IMG/VR virus record: IMGVR_UViG_3300017565_000006
Span: 1 to 55,779 of that record
Strand: one strand, 5' to 3'
DNA from: a virus
Lineage: Duplodnaviria > Caudoviricetes
Length of the DNA stretch: 55,779 nucleotides
Positions 1-8,757 of this stretch are shown here, in pieces. A program made the position numbers and the translations under genes. Positions within the stretch are counted from its first letter, which is position 1, and each line of letters starts with the position of its first letter. Under the pieces are notes generated by a model, which searched no databases, had not been told where the DNA came from, and saw nothing but the letters and a program-made list of their open reading frames with translations.

Positions 1-123
1 AGAGAAATTGTTGCCGGTCTTTGTGGCTGGTTATGGAAGGGCGGCTACCGTGGCCCATACTGCGGTTACACCGGATCTGCAATGTTTGATAAGAATGGCG
101 ACCCGGTAACTGATCCAACACTA
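1..123. repeat. 123-bp direct terminal repeat, copy 1 (probable assembly overlap of a circular or permuted genome)
   Basis: 1-123 is identical to 55657-55779; the repeat lies inside the tail-tip L gene, whose frame is continuous across the junction. Confidence 0.95.
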
Positions 124-222
124 GACCGCTGCGGCGGTCGATTGTCAGATTGCAAAAAGCGATTTGGCGAAAATGAAGAGATTCCCTATGGTGGCTTCCC
201 TGCAGCGGATAGAACACGATGA
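1..222 (+). CDS. tail tip protein L (lambda gpL-like), 3' part wrapped from 55174
   Basis: Frame 1 reads REIVAGLCGWLWKGGYRGPYCGYTG...DRCGGRLSDCKKRFG...YGGFP*, the 4-Cys gpL C-terminus; TGA overlaps the ATG of K. Confidence 0.9.
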   Translation, partial: REIVAGLCGWLWKGGYRGPYCGYTGSAMFDKNGDPVTDPTLDRCGGRLSDCKKRFGENEEIPYGGFPAADRTR

Positions 223-998
223 GCATCCTCACCGAAAAGCTGAAAAATCATATTGAAACGCACGCCATGACAACGTTTCCTGGTGAGGCGTGCGGCCTGA
301 TTGTTTCGTGTGGCAACAAGCCGCGATACATTGCCACGAAGAACCAAGCGACAAACCATGACCAATTTATAATTTCAGCAGAAGACTATGCCGCTGCTGA
401 GATGCAAGGCGAAGTCGTGGCCGTCGTTCATTCGCACGTCAATGAAGCGGCGCGCCCCTCTGCCGCCGATCTGGTCGCGTGCGAGGCTACTGGGCTTCCC
501 TGGATCATCGTGTCGATTCATGAAGATCCCGACGCCGGCCAGCCCTACGCCTCAGAGTGGGTCGAGTTTTCACCGAGTGGATACGTGGCGCCGCTGGTTG
601 GCCGTCCTTTTCACTTCGGCTCGCTCGATTGCTATGGTCTGGTGAGAGACTTTTACGCGCGCGAGCTGGGCGTGATTCTTGAAGACTTCCCCCGCACGGA
701 TAAATTTTGGGAGCGAGGAGAAGAGCTTTATCTATCGAACTTTGAGCGCGCAGGCTTTAGACAAGTCAACGACGGGCCGAAGTACGGGGATGTGATCCTC
801 ATGCAGTACCGCTCCAATATAACCAACCACGGCGCGGTATTCCTTGGCAATGAAAAGCTCAAGGAACGGCCAGACCTGATTGCCGTACCGGACGCAATGC
901 TGCATCACGTGTCGAATCGGCTGTCAGAACGTGTAATCTATGGCGGTTTTTGGCAAAAGATCACGCGCGCAATTGTGCGCCATCATTCGAGGGTTTAA
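219..998 (+). CDS. tail tip assembly protein K (JAB/MPN + NlpC/P60)
   Basis: EACGL, VVHSH...PSAADL JAB motif; DCYGLVRDFY and NHGAVF NlpC/P60 motifs; lies between L and I. Confidence 0.92.
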   Translation: MSILTEKLKNHIETHAMTTFPGEACGLIVSCGNKPRYIATKNQATNHDQFIISAEDYAAAEMQGEVVAVVHSHVNEAARPSAADLVACEATGLPWIIVSIHEDPDAGQPYASEWVEFSPSGYVAPLVGRPFHFGSLDCYGLVRDFYARELGVILEDFPRTDKFWERGEELYLSNFERAGFRQVNDGPKYGDVILMQYRSNITNHGAVFLGNEKLKERPDLIAVPDAMLHHVSNRLSERVIYGGFWQKITRAIVRHHSRV

Positions 999-1000
999 TC

Positions 1001-1618
1001 GTGGCGGATGTCGTTCGCAAAATTCGCTTACATGGTCGACTAGGCGCGCTCTTTGGGCGCGAGCATCATTTCGTATGCGCCTCCCCCGCTGAAGCGATTC
1101 GCGCACTGTGCACAATGGTCAAGGGCTTTGAAACTGAATTGATCAGCAGCAAAGAGCGCGGAGTAGGGTATGTCTGCTTCGACGGCGCGCGTAGCGTTTC
1201 CCTGGAAATGCTTCACGCACCCGCTGAGGCGATGACCATTCACATCGCGCCGGTGATTCAAGGTTCAGGTAGTAACGGCTGGGTTAACGTGTTGCTCGGC
1301 GTAGTGATCATTGCAGCGGCTTTCTTCACCGGTGGCGCCTCGCTGAGCTTGGCGGGCGGCCTTACCTTCTCAGGTATCGGCGGCGCTATGGCTTTTGGTC
1401 TGGGCGTGACGCTTTTGGTTACTGGCGCTTCTCAATTAATGATGCCCGTCGACAAAGGGTTGACCGGCGTTGATTCAGTAGACAACGGCACTTCGTACCA
1501 TTTGAACGGAGTCACCAACACTACAGCGCAAGGAAATCCCGTGCCCGTGTTGTATGGCTCTCTGCCGATTGGTTCTGCAGTCATTTCTGCCGGCGTGTAC
1601 AGTGAGGAAAAAATGTAA
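1001..1618 (+). CDS. tail tip assembly protein I
   Basis: IRLHGRLGALFGREH, SPAEAIRALC, IHIAPVIQGSG, QGNPVPVLYG motifs of lambda gpI; GTG start at 1001 chosen. Confidence 0.9.
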   Translation: MADVVRKIRLHGRLGALFGREHHFVCASPAEAIRALCTMVKGFETELISSKERGVGYVCFDGARSVSLEMLHAPAEAMTIHIAPVIQGSGSNGWVNVLLGVVIIAAAFFTGGASLSLAGGLTFSGIGGAMAFGLGVTLLVTGASQLMMPVDKGLTGVDSVDNGTSYHLNGVTNTTAQGNPVPVLYGSLPIGSAVISAGVYSEEKM

Positions 1619-4600
1619 TGACTGCTGAAATCCAAGGTGCGGGCGGTGGTGGAAAAGGCGGAAAGCAGCCAACGCCTCCTGTCGAGCAGCCAGATTCCCT
1701 AAAAAGCCGATCTTTCGCAAAGATTGTCGACCTTCTTGGCGAGGGCGAAATGTATGGTCCAATTAACGGCATTGCTGAGCAGTGCATTTATTTGGACGGC
1801 ACGCCGCTCCAGAATGCTGACGGGACGATGAACTTTCAACAGGTCATGGTCGACCATCGGCATGGCACGCAGGACCAGTCGCACATTCCCGGCTTTCCAT
1901 CCATTGAAGCGACAACGCCGGTTGGTGTTGAGCTGACCACGACAACGCCGTGGAATCGCTCCATCACCAATACGCAGCTATCGGCCGTTCGCATCATGAT
2001 CGGTACGCCGACATTGATGCGCGTCAACACGGAGAACGGAGACCGGACGGGCGCATACGTGGCATACAGGATTGATCTGTCAACCGATGGCGGCGCATTT
2101 ACGCAGGCGGTCATCAGCGCATTTAATGGCAAGAATACGACAGGTTACGTCCGGACGCATCGCGTTGAACTGCCGCCAGCTACAACCGGGTGGACGGTTC
2201 GTGTGGTGAGATTGACGCCGGATTCAACGGATTCGGCCCTACAGAATCGAACCGTTGTCGAGTCAATCACCGAAGTGATCGACGCAAAACTGCGTTATCC
2301 CAATTCCGCATTGGTTGGTATTCAGATCAATGCCGAGCAGTTCAGCAGCATTCCCACGCGCGCGTATAAGTGGGGCGGCTTGTTCATTCGCATTCCGTCC
2401 AACTATGACCCGGTAACGCGCACCTATACCGGCACATGGGACGGTCAATTTATTCGCGGCTTCTCTAACAACCCTGCCTGGGTCCTTTATGACATGGCGA
2501 TGTCAGATCGTTATGGCCTGGGGGAGATGGTAACGCCCGCAATGCTGGATAGATACGTTTTGTATCAGATCGGGCGGTATTGTGACGAGCTTGTGCCTGA
2601 TGGAAATGGCGGCATGGAACCGCGCTTTGTGTGCAACGTGTATCTGCAGAAGGCGGCCGAAGCGCTTAAGGTTATGCAGGACTTCGCGGCGATCTTTCGC
2701 GGCATTCTCTATTGGGGATCCGGGCTTATTTACACCAGCGCGGATATGCCTACCGATCCAGTCTATATGTACACCAACGCCAAAGTCAAAGGCGGAAGGT
2801 TTGAATATACCGGCTCGCCTCGACATAACCGAAAGACCGTTGCGCTTGTTTCCTGGAACGATCCGGATGACTTCTCGCGCGCGAAAGTTGAGCCGGTAGA
2901 AAATGACGAAGGCATCCGGCGCTATGGCGTGCAGAAAATCACGGTGTCGCCGCTCGGATGTACGTCTCGCAGCCAAGCGCAGCGCGTAGGCAATTACATC
3001 TTGTTGACGAGCCTGATGGAAACGGGCGGCGTCGGCTTCACCGTGGGCCTGGACGGTGTCATTCCGCAACCGGGCAATATCATCCGCATCGCTGACAAGC
3101 ATCGCGCCGGTCGCAGCCTGGGCGGCATCGTCATTGCGTCGACCACCACTACCGTGACCATTGATCGCGACAGCGAGATTGCACCGGGCGGCCAGTTTAC
3201 CGCGACTTTGCCTGATGGAACGCTGCAGACTCGTACCGTACTGTCGCGAGCTGGCCGCGTTGTCACTGTGACTGTTCCATTTACTACGCCGCCGACTGTT
3301 CAAGGTCAATGGCTGATCGACGCTGAAGACTTGGTCGCGCAATACTTCCGAGTGATTTCCGTGCGCGAAGTGACCGGAATCGAGTTTCAGATTCAGGCGA
3401 TTGCTCATCATCCTGGAAAGTATGACGCTATCGACCACGGCACGCGCCTAGAGCCCTTGCCGGTGACTGTCATTCCTGCACGAGTTCAGGCGCCGCCGAC
3501 CAATGTCACAATCACTAGTTTTTCGATCATCTCTCAAGGCATCGCACGCACGACTGGCGTGATTGCATGGGAGGCGGCGCCGGACGCCGTACAGTATGAG
3601 ATTGAATGGAGGCGCAATAACAACGAGTGGGTGCGGTTGCCGCGAACCGGTTCACTGAACGTTGAATTGCAGGATATCTACGCTGGCGATTATGAGGCTC
3701 GCGTGCGAGCGCTGAACTCTTTTGATATTGCCAGCCCGTGGGTGTATTCGGTAGTGACGCCGCTCGATGGCATCGTGGGCGAGCCCCCGGCCCTTGCTAC
3801 GCTGACAGCCACAGGCCTAGTTATGGCCATTCGCCTCGACTGGGCCTATCCGCCTGGACGAAACATTTTTGAAAAGGTACAGCTTCGCGCCAGTCTGACG
3901 AATGACTTTGACGCCTCCTATCTGTTGACGGAGGCGTCATATCCTACCAATACATATACACTTTTCGGGCTGGGCTATTCGACTGAGATGTGGTTTTGGG
4001 GCCGGATCATTGATAAGAATGGTCTAGCTGGCCCGTGGTTTCCGCTTGAAACATCAGCTGGCGTTCATGGGCAACCTGATCAGGACCCAGACACCATTCT
4101 TGAATACCTCGAAGGTCAGATTAATGAAAGTCACCTTGCTCCCGGTTTGATCGAAGAGATCACCGGCGATGCGGCCGAAGGCATCATTGAGGAAATGCAA
4201 GGATTGCTGGCCGGCGACGGCGAGGGGACATGGTATGCCGGCGATGAAGACGGGGAAGAAACATTTGTTGGCACCGTCACATATACCAGCATGATCAACG
4301 AGGGCGACCTTCGGCAAGCGAGAAAGATTCGCTCTATAGGCGCTCAGTATGGAGAATCAATTGCCGGCATTCGTGAAGAGCAAATTGTGCAGGCCAACGC
4401 AACGTCGGCCCTTGCTCGCAATCAAGTGACGGTTGCCGCCCAAGTCCAAGATATGGAAGCGGTAGTTGAGGAAACCGCTGAAGCTGTCGTTGACTTGGAT
4501 ACAGGCTTGCGAGCTACGTATCAGATTAAAGCGGAGGTTCGCGGAGACGGTCGCGTGGTGCAAACTGGCGTCGCTCTCGGCGCCGCTATTGGTGAAGACG

Positions 4601-5178
4601 GTTCGCCGCGATCTGAAATTATCATGATGGCTGACACCATCGCCTTTGTTAACAATCTGAACGGCACGCTTCACACTCCGTTCGTTTTTGACGTGGCCAA
4701 TGATACGGCGTTCCTCCGCACAGCCTTTATTCAGGACTTGTCTGTCAACACGATCAAGATCGCCGACGGCGCAGTGACCACGATGATTGTGGCATCGCAG
4801 GCGTTGGGCGCTGTACCTAATATTCCTGGATATGATCCGGAAAATCCCGTTGGGCCATTTGAAATAACTATTTTTTCTCAAGCTATCAATTCAACCGGGA
4901 CTGTCGTTTCTCTATCATTCCTTTTGTCTGATTATAATCCGCCTATTTGGCGAGGTGATTTTAATGGCAAATTGATTCATATTTATCGGGTCGTCGGAAG
5001 CGTTGAGACAGAAGTTTTACGCTCTGGCTATGATCGAGATAACTCCAGATTTGAGTTTTTTGATAATCCCGGGGTGGGAGTGATTACCTATCGTATTAAG
5101 GTAAGCAGACCTCCTAACCCGGCGTTATCCATCGTTGCGCCAGCTGTTTACTTCAAGATTTTTCAAAACAAAAAGTAG
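1618..5178 (+). CDS. tail tip / host specificity protein J
   Basis: 1186 aa; DLLGEGEMYG, LRYPNSALVG, SNNPAW, EPRFVCN, GCTSRSQAQR motifs; FN3-like repeats. Confidence 0.93.
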   Translation: MTAEIQGAGGGGKGGKQPTPPVEQPDSLKSRSFAKIVDLLGEGEMYGPINGIAEQCIYLDGTPLQNADGTMNFQQVMVDHRHGTQDQSHIPGFPSIEATTPVGVELTTTTPWNRSITNTQLSAVRIMIGTPTLMRVNTENGDRTGAYVAYRIDLSTDGGAFTQAVISAFNGKNTTGYVRTHRVELPPATTGWTVRVVRLTPDSTDSALQNRTVVESITEVIDAKLRYPNSALVGIQINAEQFSSIPTRAYKWGGLFIRIPSNYDPVTRTYTGTWDGQFIRGFSNNPAWVLYDMAMSDRYGLGEMVTPAMLDRYVLYQIGRYCDELVPDGNGGMEPRFVCNVYLQKAAEALKVMQDFAAIFRGILYWGSGLIYTSADMPTDPVYMYTNAKVKGGRFEYTGSPRHNRKTVALVSWNDPDDFSRAKVEPVENDEGIRRYGVQKITVSPLGCTSRSQAQRVGNYILLTSLMETGGVGFTVGLDGVIPQPGNIIRIADKHRAGRSLGGIVIASTTTTVTIDRDSEIAPGGQFTATLPDGTLQTRTVLSRAGRVVTVTVPFTTPPTVQGQWLIDAEDLVAQYFRVISVREVTGIEFQIQAIAHHPGKYDAIDHGTRLEPLPVTVIPARVQAPPTNVTITSFSIISQGIARTTGVIAWEAAPDAVQYEIEWRRNNNEWVRLPRTGSLNVELQDIYAGDYEARVRALNSFDIASPWVYSVVTPLDGIVGEPPALATLTATGLVMAIRLDWAYPPGRNIFEKVQLRASLTNDFDASYLLTEASYPTNTYTLFGLGYSTEMWFWGRIIDKNGLAGPWFPLETSAGVHGQPDQDPDTILEYLEGQINESHLAPGLIEEITGDAAEGIIEEMQGLLAGDGEGTWYAGDEDGEETFVGTVTYTSMINEGDLRQARKIRSIGAQYGESIAGIREEQIVQANATSALARNQVTVAAQVQDMEAVVEETAEAVVDLDTGLRATYQIKAEVRGDGRVVQTGVALGAAIGEDGSPRSEIIMMADTIAFVNNLNGTLHTPFVFDVANDTAFLRTAFIQDLSVNTIKIADGAVTTMIVASQALGAVPNIPGYDPENPVGPFEITIFSQAINSTGTVVSLSFLLSDYNPPIWRGDFNGKLIHIYRVVGSVETEVLRSGYDRDNSRFEFFDNPGVGVITYRIKVSRPPNPALSIVAPAVYFKIFQNKK

Positions 5179-5180
5179 CC

Positions 5181-5384
5181 ATGAAACAATATCCATACAC
5201 AGTTTTCAATCCAGCGACCGGCGTGATCCGTTGCTGTGTCATTCTCTCGGATGAAGATCAGCCCAAGCCTGAAATGTTTCCTTGGGAAGCAATGATTGAA
5301 GTCGAAACGGACCCGACGAGAAATTTTATTGATGCTGATGGTGTGACTGTCAGGGTCAAACCAGAAACACCGGAAGAGGGTTAA
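5181..5384 (+). CDS. small tail-associated hypothetical protein
   Basis: 67-aa ORF packed tightly between J and the fibre gene. Confidence 0.6.
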   Translation: MKQYPYTVFNPATGVIRCCVILSDEDQPKPEMFPWEAMIEVETDPTRNFIDADGVTVRVKPETPEEG

Positions 5385-5388
5385 GAAG

Positions 5389-6192
5389 ATGGCTGATTAT
5401 GATGCATTTGTGGTTGACGTTGACACGCCACAGCCAGGAGGCAGACGCGGCGAGACTCCGCGCGCTGCTTTTCTCAAGTTCAATGGTTTGATTGAAGCGC
5501 TAGAAGACGATGTGACAACGCTTGAGGAACGCGCAGAAGGCGGGTTCATTCCTATTGTATTGACTACTTCATTTGCAATCAAACTGACGGAAGCATCGAG
5601 CAATAGCGCTAGTGTCCGTATCTATCCACCACCCACCACAACTACAACTGGCATCATTCAAATGAATGATGGCAATGGAACGCTTCGAGGTTTCTTTGGC
5701 AACGGGCAAGCGGGCGGCGTCTATGGCGCGCATGTTCAAATTGGCGGCGCGGGCGGTTGGGGCCTACTTGTTGACGGCGGCTTTTTCCAGGTTATCTGTG
5801 CGACTGGCGCCGCCATCGGCACGCCGACCGGTGGCTTGCGCGGCGGCGGCACGTTGAACGCACATGGTTTGTACATCAACAACGTCCCGCTCACAGCAAG
5901 TCCGTCCGATCCGCGCTTGAAAGAAAACATTGAAGCGTCAACGATGGATGCGGGCGCGCATATCGACGCAATGAACGTGGTCGCATTCGATTGGAAGGAC
6001 GGGAAAGGGCACGTGCCCTTTGGCTTTCTCGCGCCACAGCTGAACATGATCGCGCCGCATGCCGTCATTCAACAGCCTACTGAGGAAAACCCTGATCAGC
6101 CCTGGGCGCTCGATCCGGGCTCGCTGATTCCCATGTTGGTCAAGGAAATCCAGAATTTGCGCCGTCGAGTTGCGCTATTGGAGCAAGCGTAA
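5389..6192 (+). CDS. short tail fibre with C-terminal intramolecular chaperone (peptidase S74-like)
   Basis: N-terminal GETPRAAFLKFN anchor motif; SDPRLKENI...GFLAPQL...LIPMLVKEIQNL coiled-coil chaperone signature. Confidence 0.85.
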   Translation: MADYDAFVVDVDTPQPGGRRGETPRAAFLKFNGLIEALEDDVTTLEERAEGGFIPIVLTTSFAIKLTEASSNSASVRIYPPPTTTTTGIIQMNDGNGTLRGFFGNGQAGGVYGAHVQIGGAGGWGLLVDGGFFQVICATGAAIGTPTGGLRGGGTLNAHGLYINNVPLTASPSDPRLKENIEASTMDAGAHIDAMNVVAFDWKDGKGHVPFGFLAPQLNMIAPHAVIQQPTEENPDQPWALDPGSLIPMLVKEIQNLRRRVALLEQA

Positions 6193-6274
6193 AAATCAGT
6201 AATATGCTGGCCGGGACCCTGAACCGTGTGGCCCGCGTTGTCACTGCAACCCCAGGACGCGCGAGGATTATGTC

Positions 6275-6574
6275 ATGCGACTCAGGCAGCATTTTGTAAC
6301 ACATGATTTGACGGCGGCAAAAGTGGATAAAGCAGCTTCGACAGTTGGGTCAGGGACAACCTACGGCGGCATGCTCGCTGCTATCTACGGTTGGTTGGCG
6401 TCGGCCGATGCGGCGATCATCATCGGCGTGTTTTTCACGATTGCCGGTTTCCTGGTCAATTACTTTTTCGCGCGCCGCCGCCATTTACGTGAGACCGAAG
6501 AACACGAATGGCGGCGCCTTGAGCATCGGGCCAGGATGCGAGCGATAATGGAGGACAAAAGTGACGCAGCCTAG
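6275..6574 (+). CDS. holin
   Basis: Hydrophobic segments (GGMLAAIYGWL; IIIGVFFTIAGFLVNYFF), charged C-terminus, directly upstream of endolysin. Confidence 0.8.
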   Translation: MRLRQHFVTHDLTAAKVDKAASTVGSGTTYGGMLAAIYGWLASADAAIIIGVFFTIAGFLVNYFFARRRHLRETEEHEWRRLEHRARMRAIMEDKSDAA

Positions 6575-7091
6575 ACCCCTTGCCGGCCGGTTGGCGGCCC
6601 TCGGAGCGGTTGGCGCGGCAGGCATTGCCGCAACCGTCGTAGGATACTTTGAGGGCCGCTCGCTCGTCGCCTACGTTGACCCGATTGGAATCCCAACGAT
6701 CTGTGAGGGCTGGACACAAGGCGTCAAGCTCGGCGATATCGCCACCGATGCGGACTGCGACGCCAAGACGCTGGCCGCGATCATCGAAGCTGACGATACG
6801 TTCCAGCGTTGGGTTCCGGATCACGTCAAGGACGAAATGAGCCACGAAGCGCACGCGGCGTTCCTGAGTTTCATCTACAACGTAGGCCCCGGTGGCCCGG
6901 GCGTCAAGGATGGCTTCGTATATCTCAAGAGCGGGCGCCACAGTACCATGCTGACTCGATTACGAGCCGGCGACATCAAAGGCGCGTGCAATCAGCTTCC
7001 ATACTGGACCAAGGCGGGCGGTCGCGAGCTTCGCGGCTTGGTCATCCGTCGTCAATCGGAGCAGAGCTTGTGCTTGAACGGACTGGATTAA
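6561..7091 (+). CDS. SAR endolysin (GH24 lysozyme)
   Basis: Gly/Ala-rich N-terminal SAR helix, then FEG...YVDPIGIPTICEG (E-D-T triad), FIYNVG, GLVIRR. Confidence 0.92.
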   Translation: MTQPRPLAGRLAALGAVGAAGIAATVVGYFEGRSLVAYVDPIGIPTICEGWTQGVKLGDIATDADCDAKTLAAIIEADDTFQRWVPDHVKDEMSHEAHAAFLSFIYNVGPGGPGVKDGFVYLKSGRHSTMLTRLRAGDIKGACNQLPYWTKAGGRELRGLVIRRQSEQSLCLNGLD

Positions 7092-7564
7092 TTGCAGCGG
7101 CCTTCGGGGCGAGCGTTGTTCTCTCATGGGTCTTTGGATACAACTATGCCACCGAGAAAATAACGAAGCGCACGCAAGCCGCGCTGGTCAAACAGCTCGA
7201 ATATGTCAGAGAGGTGGAACGTGACAGCGTCGAGAGCGAAAGACAAATCAACGAGGCCGCGGCGCGCCGCGAAAGGCTACTCGAAGAACGGTATCGGAGC
7301 GCTCTGGCTGACATTGGTCCTGTCAGGGTGTGCGTCACAGCGCCCGGCAGTGTGCCCGATGCCGCCAGCGCCGCCCGCGATCATCAAGCAAGCGCCGCAG
7401 GAGACGAACTTTCTGCAGCGCCTTCGCGAGACATTGCGCCCGACCTCGTCGAAATGACCCGGATTGCCGATCGTCAGGCCGCGCAGGTCCTTGCATGCAA
7501 TGAGTATGCGGATGCGATGGAAGCGTACATTGAATCCATCGCATCCGGTCAGACGAAATTCTAA
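7070..7564 (+). CDS. Rz-like inner-membrane spanin
   Basis: GTG at 7070 with GGAG upstream; N-terminal TM, coiled coil, VRVCV, ADRQAAQVLACNEY. Confidence 0.8.
   Translation: MLERTGLIAAAFGASVVLSWVFGYNYATEKITKRTQAALVKQLEYVREVERDSVESERQINEAAARRERLLEERYRSALADIGPVRVCVTAPGSVPDAASAARDHQASAAGDELSAAPSRDIAPDLVEMTRIADRQAAQVLACNEYADAMEAYIESIASGQTKF
7203..7457 (+). CDS. Rz1-like outer-membrane spanin lipoprotein (embedded in Rz; start uncertain)
   Basis: Lipobox LVLSGC followed by Pro-rich CPMPPAPPAII, in a shifted frame within Rz. Confidence 0.8.
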   Translation: MSERWNVTASRAKDKSTRPRRAAKGYSKNGIGALWLTLVLSGCASQRPAVCPMPPAPPAIIKQAPQETNFLQRLRETLRPTSSK

Positions 7565-7743
7565 GCTAACAAAGCGGCGAGACCGACGATGATAGATAGA
7601 ATTGCGAAAAGGAAGATCATCACCGGAAAGCAATAATCAACCCAACCATGGTTGGGCTTCGCTCGCGTTTCTTTGAAAACCTTTCGGCTCAAGAAAATCA
7701 AAACAATCCCAATGATGAAAAACAACAAAGGCAAAACAGCCAT
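7561..7743 (-). CDS. small two-TM membrane protein
   Basis: MAVLPLLFFIIGIVLIFLS... and a second hydrophobic helix; GAGGAG RBS; converges on Rz. Confidence 0.6.
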   Translation of the reverse strand: MAVLPLLFFIIGIVLIFLSRKVFKETRAKPNHGWVDYCFPVMIFLFAILSIIVGLAALLA

Positions 7744-7756
7744 AATTAAATTCTCC

Positions 7757-8146
7757 TCAGAACTTCTTGCCGCCAGCCTTGACGCGATTCTCGGGCTTAT
7801 GATCGGCGCGATGTGCGTTGTAAGCAAGCTTTTCAATCAGTGCAGACGCAACGTCAAGCCCGTGACCTTTGCAATAGTCGAAGATTCGGATTACAGCGTC
7901 AGCCATTTCGACCTCTTCGGATTTACGATGTGGCAAATGGTCATCCATCGTATCTTTGCGAGCGCCTTCCAACGCTTCGCTCAGCTCCGAGTGAATCAGC
8001 GCAATCATTTCGCCTTTGTTCCGTTTGAGCGGTTCCCCGGTGATCGGATCATGCCACCAACCGCCCTTGACGGATGCGTCATGGCAAGCACTGATGGTCG
8101 TATCCAATCCTTCGAGCATCTCCATTGCCAGTCGTCCAAAATTCAT
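7757..8146 (-). CDS. MazG-like nucleoside triphosphate pyrophosphohydrolase
   Basis: IALIHSELSEALE...EEVEMADAVIRIFD...EKLAYN all-alpha NTP-PPase acidic motifs. Confidence 0.85.
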   Translation of the reverse strand: MNFGRLAMEMLEGLDTTISACHDASVKGGWWHDPITGEPLKRNKGEMIALIHSELSEALEGARKDTMDDHLPHRKSEEVEMADAVIRIFDYCKGHGLDVASALIEKLAYNAHRADHKPENRVKAGGKKF

Positions 8147-8364
8147 TCTATTTGACCTCTCTTGCGTGGATAGTATTCGCCCGGCTCGGGCGTTGTGTCG
8201 AAACGTTGGTAATTGACGGCGCTGCTTTCACACTGCCGATGTACTTTGACCTGATTGCCACCCGGCAACGTGACGAGCTTAAAAACGGGCGCTCCATTGA
8301 CATAGCAAAGCGAACGCCCGCACTGCCAGCAAAACATTTTGCGTGGCTTATTCTCCTGTCGCAT
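8143..8364 (-). CDS. small Zn-binding hypothetical protein
   Basis: MRQENKPRKMFCWQCG...VHRQC; overlaps neighbouring genes. Confidence 0.5.
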   Translation of the reverse strand: MRQENKPRKMFCWQCGRSLCYVNGAPVFKLVTLPGGNQVKVHRQCESSAVNYQRFDTTPEPGEYYPRKRGQIE

Positions 8365-8656
8365 AGAAATGCTCCAGTGCTTGCCGGCAACGAGCAATGC
8401 GTTGCTCGGCGCGCTCCAAGGCATTTTGCACAAGAACCGGGAACATGCTCAATGCTACCGCCGAAACTTCCTTAGCAAGTTCGTGGTGCCCTGGTAGTGA
8501 TGAACCGGAGCGCCAATCGACGGTAAGGGTCGGTAGTTGACCTTCTTTCAATAAATCATTTGCGCGAAGCTTCATCCATGAATATTTATCTAACTCGCGC
8601 GCCAATTGAGACATCAGCACAGATTCTCGGCTGATCTGGTCGATAACATTCGCCAT
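8348..8656 (-). CDS. hypothetical protein
   Basis: ATG with AGAAAGGAG RBS; 102 aa, helical. Confidence 0.7.
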   Translation of the reverse strand: MANVIDQISRESVLMSQLARELDKYSWMKLRANDLLKEGQLPTLTVDWRSGSSLPGHHELAKEVSAVALSMFPVLVQNALERAEQRIARCRQALEHFYATGE

Positions 8657-8678
8657 TGAAAAATCTCCTTTCTAGGTC

Positions 8679-8744
8679 GCGCGCGTACCGGGTGAAGGTG
8701 CCTTGACACCGAGGGACCGATGCTAGGCGTCCCGGTACGCGCGC
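8679..8744. ncRNA. putative structured intergenic RNA element (three-way junction)
   Basis: Perfect 14-bp inverted repeat 8679-8692/8731-8744 enclosing two sub-hairpins. Confidence 0.45.
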
Positions 8745-8757
8745 TAAATCGTATCGG

